Source: Eledone cirrhosa (lineage: Eukaryota). From it: DNA of 64,000 nt. How positions within the stretch are numbered: the first letter of the stretch is position 1; every line of letters starts with the position of its first letter. Location: contig OZ024754.1 of NCBI GenBank assembly GCA_964016885.1, forward strand, positions 19,406,001 to 19,470,000, given 5' to 3'. Shown here piece after piece: positions 55,701 through 64,000 of the stretch. The position numbers and the translations under genes were made by a program. The notes beneath the pieces were generated by a model that was not told the origin of the DNA, searched no databases, and saw only the letters and a list, made by a program, of their open reading frames with translations.

Positions 55701-57873
55701 AAGTCACTTCCCAGACATGTACAACTGTGGCTAAATTGACTCTTCCATGATATAGTTACTTTAGTTTCAACACAATCTTAGATCAAGTCACTTACCAGAC
55801 ATATACAACTGTGGCTAAAATGACTCTTCCATGATATAGTTACTTTAGTTTCAACACAATCTTAGATCAAGTCACTTACCAGACAAGTACAACTGTGGCT
55901 AAAATGACTCTTTCATGATATAGTTACTTTAGTTTCAACACATTCACAGAGCAAGTCACTTGCCAGACATGTACAACTGTATCTAAAATGACTCTTCCAT
56001 GATATAGTTACTTTAGTTTCAACACAGTCACAGATCAAGACACTTACCAGACATGTACAACTGTAGCTAAAATGACTCTTCCATGATATAGTTACTTTAG
56101 TTTCAACACAGTCTCAGATCAAGTGACTTGCCAGACATGTACAACTGTGGCTAAAATGACTCTTCCATGATATAGTTACTTTAGTTTCAACACAATCTCA
56201 GATCAAGTCACTTGACAGACATGTACAACTGTGTCAAAAATGATTCTTCCATGATATAGTTACTTTAGTTTCAACACAGTCTCAGATCAATTCACTTACC
56301 AGACATGTACAACTGTAGCTAAAATGAATCTTCCATGATATAGTACTTTAGTTTCAACACAGTCTCAGATCAAGTCACTTGCCAGACATGTACAACTGTG
56401 GCTAAAATGACTCTTCCATGATATAGTTACTTTAGTTTAAACACAGTCTCAGATCAAGTCACTTGCCAGACATGTACAACTGTGGCTAAAATGACACTAC
56501 CATGATATAGTTACTTTAGTTTCAACACAATCTCAGATCAAGTCACTTTCAAGGCATGTACAACTGTGGCTGAAATGACTCTTCCATTATATAGTTACAT
56601 TACTTTCAACACAGTCACAGATCAAGTCACTTTCCAGGCATGTACAACTGTGGCTGAAATGACTCTTCCATTATATAGTTACTTTAGTTTCAACACAATC
56701 CCAGATCAAATCACTTGCCAGACATATGCAACTGTGGCTAAAATGACTCTTCCATGATATAGTTACTTTAGTTTCAACACAATCTCAGATCAAGTCACTT
56801 GCCAGACATGTACAACTGTGGCTAAAATGACTCTTCCATGATATAGTTACTTTAGTTTCAACACAGTCTCAGATCAGGTCACTTGTCAGACATGTACAAC
56901 TGTGGCTAAAATGACTGTTCCATGATATAGTTACTTTAGTTTGAACACAGTCGTAGATCAAGTCACTTGCCAGAAATGTACAACTGTGGCTAAAATAACT
57001 CTTCCATGATATAGTTACTTTAGTTTCAACACAGCCTCAGATAAAGTCACTTGCCAGACATGTACAACTGTGGCTAAAATGACTGTTCCATGATATAGTT
57101 ACTTTAGTTTCAACACAGTCTCAGATCATGTCACTTACCAGACACGTACAACTGTGGATAAAATGACTCTTCCATGATATAGTTACTTTAGTTTCAACAC
57201 AATCTCAGATCAAGTGACTTGCCAGACATTTACAACTGTGGCTAAAATGACTCTTCCATGATATAGTTACTTTAGTTTCAACACAGTCTCAGATCAAGTT
57301 ACTTGCCAGACATGTACAACTGTGGCTAAAATGAATCTTCCATGATATAGTTACTTTAGTTTCAATACAGTCTCGAATCAAGTCACTTGCCAGACATGTA
57401 CAACTATGGCTAAATTGACTCTTCCATGATATAGTTACTTTAGTTTCAATACGATCTCAGATCAAGTCACTTGCCAGACATGTGCAACTGTGGCTAAAAT
57501 GACTCTTCCATGATATAGTTACTTTAGTTTCAACACAATCTCAGATCATGTCACTTGCCAGACATGTACAACTCTGGCAAAAATAACTCTTCCATGATAT
57601 AGTTACTTTAGATTCAACACAGTCCCAGATCAAGTCACTTTCCAGGCATGTACAACTGTGGCTGAAATGACTCTTCCATGATATAGTTACTTTAGTTTCA
57701 ACACAGTCACAGATCAAGTCACTTGCCAGATATGTATAACTGTGGCTAAATTGACTCTTCCATGATATAGTTACTTTAGTTTCAACACAGTCACAGATCA
57801 AGTCACTTGCCAGACATGTACAAGTTTAGCTAAAATGACTCTTCAATGATATAGTACTTTAGTTTCAACACAA
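48465..57873. repeat. Duplicated block of about 3.35 kb at offset 6044 bp (72 monomers): ~48465-51829 vs ~54510-57873
   Basis: T-insertion CTTAAAATGAGAC 48847/54891, GCGCAACT 49591/55635, CACAGAGCAA 49901/55945, ACACAGTCGT 50901/56945, ORFs 50522/56566 and 51497/57541. Confidence 0.9.
51010..53390. repeat. Tandem duplication, period 1175 bp (14 monomers)
   Basis: ATCATGTCACTTACCAGACACG 51081/52256, CTAAACATGTGC 52017/53192, CACAAGCCTA 52161/53336, ORFs 51497/52672. Confidence 0.92.
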
Positions 57874-58990
57874 TCTTAGATCAAGTCACTTACCAGACAT
57901 ATACAACTGTGGCTAAACTGACTCTTCCATGATATAGTTACTTTAGTTTCAACACAAGCCTAGATCAAGCCACTTACCAGACATGTACAACTGTGGCTAA
58001 AATGACTCTTTCATGATATAGTTACTTTAGTTTCAACACAGTCACAGATCAAGACACTTACCAGACATGTACAACTGTAGCTAAAATGCCTCTTCCATGA
58101 TATAGTTACTTTAGTTTCAACACAGTCTCAGATCAAGTGACTTGCCAGACATGTACAACTGTGGCTAAAATGACACTACCATGATATAGTTACTTTAGTT
58201 TCAACACAATCTCAGATCAAGTCACTTGCCAGACATGTACAACTGTAGCTAAAAGGAATCTTCCATGATATAGTACATTAGTTTCAACACAGTCTCAGAT
58301 CAAGTCACTTGCCAGACATGTACAACTGTGGCTAAAATAACTCTTCCATGATATAGTTACTTTGGTTTCAACACAGCCTCAGATAAAGTCACTTGCCAGA
58401 CATGTACAACTGTGGCTAAAATGACTCTTCCATGATATAGTTACTTTAGTTTCAACACAGTCTCAGATCAAGTCACTTGCTAAACATGTGCAACTGTGGC
58501 TAAAATGAATCTTCCATGATATAGTTACTTTAGTTTCAACACAATCTTAGATCAAGTCACTTACCAGACATATACAACTGTGGCTAAACTGACTCTTCCA
58601 TGATATAGTTACTTTAGTTTCAACACAAGCCTAGATCAAGCCACTTACCAGACATGTACAACTGTGGCTAAAATGACTCTTTCATGATATAGTTACTTTA
58701 GTTTCAACACAGTCACAGATCAAGACACTTACCAGACATGTACAACTGTAGCTAAAATGCCTCTTCCATGATATAGTTACTTTAGTTTCAACACAGTCTC
58801 AGATCAAGTGACTTGCCAGACATGTACAACTGTGGCTAAAATGACACTACCATGATATAGTTACTTTAGTTTCAACACAATCTCAGATCAAGTCACTTGC
58901 CAGACATGTACAACTGTAGCTAAAAGGAATCTTCCATGATATAGTACTTTAGTTTCAACACAGTCTCAGATCAAGTCACTTGCCAGACAT
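57870..58990. repeat. Duplication at offset 671 bp (8 monomers)
   Basis: GGCTAAACTG 57911/58582, AAAAGGAATC 58251/58922. Confidence 0.88.
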
Positions 58991-59629
58991 GTATAACTGT
59001 GGCTAAAATGAATCTTCCATGATATAGTTACTTTAGTTTCAACACAGTCTCAGATCAAGTCACTTGCCAGACATGTACAACTGTGGCTAAAATAACTCTT
59101 CCATGATATACTTACTTTAGTTTCAACACAGCCTCAGATGAAGTCACTTGCCAGACATGTACAACTGTGGCTAAAATGACTGTTCCATGATATAGTTACT
59201 TTAGTTTCAACACAGTCTCATATCAAGTCACTTACCAGACATGTACAACTGTGGCTAAAATGACTCTTCCATGATATAGTTACTTTAGTTTCAAAACAAT
59301 CTCAGATCAAGTCACTTACCAGACATGTACAACTGTGGCTAAAATGACTCTTCCATGATATAGTTACTTTAGTTTCAACACAATCTTAAATCAAGTCACT
59401 TGCCAGACATGTACAACTGTGGCTAAAATGACTCTTCCATGATATAGTTACTTTAGTTTCAACACAGTCTCAGATCAAGTCACTTGCCAGACATGTACAA
59501 CTGTGGCTAAAATGACTCTTTCATGATATAGTCACTTTAGTTTCAACACAGTCTTAGATCAGGTCACTTGACAGACATGTACAACTGTGGCTAAAATAAC
59601 TCTTCCATGATATAGTTACTTTAGTGTCA

Positions 59630-60270
59630 ACACAATCTTAGATCAAGTCACTTACCAGACATGTACAACTGTGGCTAAAATGACTCTTTCATGATATAGT
59701 TACTTTAGTTTCAACACATTCACAGATCAAGTCACTTGCCAGACATTTACAACTGTATCTAAAATGACTCTTCCATGATATAGTTACTTTAGTTTCAACA
59801 CAGTCACAGATCAAGACACTTACCAGACATGTACAACTGTAGCTAAAATGACTCTTCCATGATATAGTTACTTTAGTTTCAGCACATTCTCAGATCAAGT
59901 GACTTGCCAGACATGTACAACTGTGGCTAAAATGACTCTTCCATGATATAGTTACTTTAGTTTCAACACAATCTTAGATCAAGTCACTTACCAGACATGT
60001 ACAACTGTGGCTAAAATGACTCTTTCATGATATAGTTACTTTAGTTTCAACACATTCACAGATCAAGTCACTTGCCAGACATTTACAACTGTATCTAAAA
60101 TGACTCTTCCATGATATAGTTACTTTAGTTTCAACACAGTCACAGATCAAGACACTTACCAGACATGTACAACTGTAGCTAAAATGACTCTTCCATGATA
60201 TAGTTACTTTAGTTTCAACACATTCTCAGATCAAGTGACTTGCCAGACATGTACAACTGTGGCTAAAATG
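59630..60270. repeat. Tandem duplication, period 336 bp (4 monomers)
   Basis: ACATTTACAACTGTATCT 59743/60079, CATTCTCAG 59885/60221. Confidence 0.85.
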
Positions 60271-63075
60271 ACACTACCATGATATAGTTACTTTAGTTTC
60301 ATCACAATCTCAGATCAAGTCACTTGCCAGACATGTACAACTGTAGCTAAAATGAATCTTCCATGATATAGTACTTTAGTTTCAACACAGTCTCAGATCA
60401 AGTCTCTTGCCAGACATGTATAACTGTGGCTAAAATGAATCTTCCATGATATAGTTACTTTAGTTTCAACACAATCTCAGATCAAGTCACTTGCCAGACA
60501 TATACAACTGTGTCTAAAATGATTCTTCCATGATATAGTTACTTTAGTTTCAACACAGTCTCAGATCAATTCACTTACCAGACATGCACAACTGTAGCTA
60601 AAATGAATCTTCGATGATATAGTACTTTAGTTTCAACACAGTCTCAGATCAAGTCACTTGCCAGACATGTACAACTGTGGCTAAAATGACTCTTCCATGA
60701 TATAGTTACTTTAGTTTCAACACAGTCTTAGATCACGTCACTTGCCAGACATGTAGAACTGTGACTAAAATGACTCTTCCATGATATAGTTACTTTAGTT
60801 TAAACACAGTCTCAGATCAAGTCACTTGCCAGACATGTACAACTGTGGCTAAAATGACTGTTCCATTATTTAGTTACTTTAGTTTCAACACAATCTCAGA
60901 TCAAGTCAGTTTCAAGGCATGTACAACTGTGGCTGAAATGACTCTTCCATTATATAGTTACATTACTTTCAACACAGTCACAGATCAAGTCACTTTCCAG
61001 GCATGTACAACTGTGGCTGAAATGACTCTTCCATTATATAGTTACTTTAGTTTCAACACAATCCCAGATCAAGTCACTTGCCAGACATATGGAACTGTGG
61101 CTAAAATGACTCTTCCATGATATAGTTACTTTAGTTTCAACACAATCTCAGATCAAGTCACTTGCCAGACATGTACAACTGTGGCTAAAATGACTCTTCC
61201 ATGATATAGTTACTTTAGTTTCAACACAATCTTAGATCAAGTCACTTACCAGACATATACAACTGTGGCTGAAATGACTCTTCCATTATATAGTTACTTT
61301 AGTTTCAACACAATCTCAGATCAAGTCACTTACCAGACATGTACAACTGTGGCTAAAATGACTCTTCCATGATATAGTTACTTTAGTTTCAACACAATCT
61401 TAGATCAAGTCACTTGCCAGACATGTACAACTGTGGCTAAAATGACTCTTCCATGATATAGTTACTTTAGTTTCAACACAGTCTCAGATCAAGTCACTTG
61501 CCAGACATGTACAACTGTGGCTAAAATGACTCTTTCATGATATAGTGACTTTAGTTTCAACACAGTCTTAGATCAGGTCACTTGACAGACATGTACAACT
61601 GTGGCTAAAATAACTCTTCCATGATATAGTTACTTTAGTTTCAACACAGCCTCAGATAAAGTCACTTGCCAGACATGTACAACTGTGGCTAAAATGACTC
61701 TTCCATGATATAGTTACTTTAGTTTCAACACAATCTTAGATCAAGTCACTTACCAGACATGTACAACTGTGGCTAAAATGACTCTTTCATGATATAGTTA
61801 CTTTAGTTTCAACACATTCACAGATCAAGTCACTTGCCAGACATTTACAACTGTATCTAAAATGACTCTTCCATGATATAGTTACTTTAGTTTCAACACA
61901 GTCACAGATCAAGACACTTACCAGACATGTACAACTGTAGCTAAAATGACTCTTCCATGATATAGTTACTTTAGTTTCAACACAGTCTCAGATCAAGTGA
62001 CTTGCCAGACATGTACAACTGTGGCTAAAATGACACTACCACGATATAGTTACTTTAGTTTCAACACAATCTCAGATCAAGTCACTTGCCAGACATGTAC
62101 AACTGTAGCTAAAATGAATCTTCCATGATATAGTACTTTAGTTTCAACAGTCTCAGATCAAGTCTCTTGCCAGACATGTATAACTGTGGCTAAAATGAAT
62201 CTTCCATGATATAGTTACTTTAGTTTCAACACAATCTCAGATCAAGTCACTTGCCAGACATATACAACTGTGTCTAAAATGATTCTTCCATGATATAGTT
62301 ACTTTAGTTTCAACACAGTCTCAGATCAATTCACTTACCAGACATGCACAACTGTAGCTAAAATGAATCTTCGATGATATAGTACTTTAGTTTCAACACA
62401 GTCTCAGATCAAGTCACTTGCCAGACATGTACAACTGTGGCTAAAATGACTCTTCCATGATATAATTACTTTAGTTTCAACACAGTCTTAGATCACGTCA
62501 CTTGCCAGACATGTAGAACTGTGACTAAAATGACTCTTCCATGATATAGTTACTTTAGTTTAAACACAGTCTCAGATCAAGTCACTTGCCAGACATGTAC
62601 AACTGTGGCTAAAATGACTGTTCCATTATATAGTTACTTTAGTTTCAACACAATCTCAGATCAAGTCACTTTCAAGGCATGTACAACTGTGGCTGAAATG
62701 ACTCTTCCATTATATAGTTACATTACTTTCAACACAGTCACAGATCAAGTCACTTTCCAGGCATGTACAACTGTGGCTGAAATGACTCTTCCATTATATA
62801 GTTACTTTAGTTTCAACACAATCCCAGATCAAGTCACTTGCCAGACATATGCAACTGTGGCTAAAATGACTCTTCCATGATATAGTTACTTTAGTTTCAA
62901 CACAATCTCAGATCAAGTCACTTGCCAGACATGTACAACTGTGGCTAAAATGACTCTTCCATGATATAGTTACTTTAGTTTCAACACAATCTTAGATCAA
63001 GTCACTTACCAGACTTATACAACTGTGGCTGAAATGACTCTTCCATTATATAGTTACTTTAGTTTCAACACAATC
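59950..63075. repeat. Duplication at offset 1762/1760 bp (21 monomers)
   Basis: ACATTTAC 60079/61841 (1762). After a 2-bp deletion near 62148: AGTCTCTTGC 60401/62161, GACATGCACA 60581/62341, TCGATGATAT 60611/62371, ORFs 60845/62605 (1760). Confidence 0.9.
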
Positions 63076-64000
63076 CCAGATCAAGTCACTTGCCAGACAT
63101 ATGCAACTGTGGCTAAAATGACTCTTCCATGATATAGTTACTTTAGTTTCAACACAGTCTCAGATCAAGTCACTTGTCAGACATGTACAACTGTGGCTAA
63201 AATGTCTGTTCCATGATATAGTTACTTTAGTTTGAACACAGTCTTCGATCAAGTCACTTGCCAGACATGTACAACTGTGGCTAAAATAACTCTTCCATGA
63301 TATAGTTACTTTAGTTTCAACACAGCCTCAGATAAAGTCACTTGCCAGACATGTACAACTGTGGCTAAAATGACTGTTCCATGATATAGTTACATTAGTT
63401 TCAACACAGTCTCAGATCAAGTCACTTACCAGACATGTACAACTGTGGCTAAAATGACTCTTCCATGATATAGTTACTTTAGTTTCAACACAATCTCAGA
63501 TCAAGTCACTTGCCAGACATTTACAACTGTGGCTAAAATGACTCTTCCATGATATAGTTACTTTAGTTTCAACACAGTCTCAGATCAAGTTACTTGCCAG
63601 ACATGTACAACTGTGGCTAAAATGAATCTTCCATGATATAGTTACTTTAGTTTCAATACAGTCTCGAATCAAGTCACTTGCCAGACATGTACAACTATGG
63701 CTAAATTGACTCTTCCATGATATAGTTACTTTAGTTTCAATACGATCTCAGATCAAGTCACTTGCCAGACATGTGCAACTGTGGCTAAAATGACTCTTCC
63801 ATGATATAGTTACTTTAGTTTCAACACAATCTCAGATCATGTCACTTGCCAGACATGTACAACTCTGGCTAAAATAACTCTTCCATGATATAGTTACTTT
63901 AGATTCAACACAGTCCCAGATCAAGTCACTTTCCAGGCATGTACAACTGTGGCTGAAATGACTCTTCCATGATATATTTACTTTAGTTTCAACACAGTCA

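Larger units (their letters stand above)
1..64000. repeat. Tandem satellite DNA array, 84-bp monomer, about 760 copies, variable higher-order repeat organisation; probably extends beyond both window ends
   Basis: TCAGATCAAGTCACTT-type motif recurs every 83-84 bp from position 1 to the end. Monomers typically differ from the consensus at only 0-5 positions. No non-repeat sequence or orientation switch seen. Confidence 0.99.

Noticed and set aside
7883-57801. Minus-strand 86-aa ORFs (…DCVETKVTISWKSHFSHSCTC…)
   Set aside because: Same artefact: variants at TCTCAGA remove the single minus-strand TGA in three consecutive monomers.
1459-62880. Repeated + strand ORFs of 63-91 aa (MAKMTLPLYSYFSFNT...)
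   Set aside because: They occur wherever 2-3 consecutive monomers carry CCATGA>CCATTA, which removes the frame's only stop. Starts are GTG inside the repeat, and there is no unique sequence or recognisable domain.
1-64000. Giant repeat protein under a UGA-recoding genetic code (three frames have only one TGA per monomer)
   Set aside because: Frequent 83-bp and occasional 82/85-bp monomers shift the frame every few hundred bp into frames with TAA/TAG. I saw no sign that variants favour synonymous positions.
1-64000. CRISPR array
   Set aside because: There are no unique spacers; the whole 84 bp is repeated. No leader or cas genes.

Overview
The whole 64-kb window is one uninterrupted head-to-tail satellite DNA array of about 760 monomers of 84 bp (some 82, 83 or 85 bp), all in the same orientation, about 38% GC, with no CpG in the consensus. 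Consensus (exact copy at 1258-1341): TCAGATCAAGTCACTTGCCAGACATGTACAACTGTGGCTAAAATGACTCTTCCATGATATAGTTACTTTAGTTTCAACACAGTC. I saw no genes, RNA genes, transposon insertions, inversions or unique spacers. All listed ORFs arise because 84 is a multiple of 3 and some variants remove a single TGA. The real structure is higher-order. About 20-25 recognisable monomer variants recur in a conserved order but are repeatedly re-cut into local units of 2, 4, 5, 8, 11-15, 18, 21, 27, 36, 47 and 72 monomers, each marked by private SNPs. The monomer is rich in dyad symmetry. The array looks like eukaryotic (peri)centromeric or heterochromatic satellite, but I cannot name the family or organism. All offsets were read by eye from marker variants, and block boundaries are approximate.
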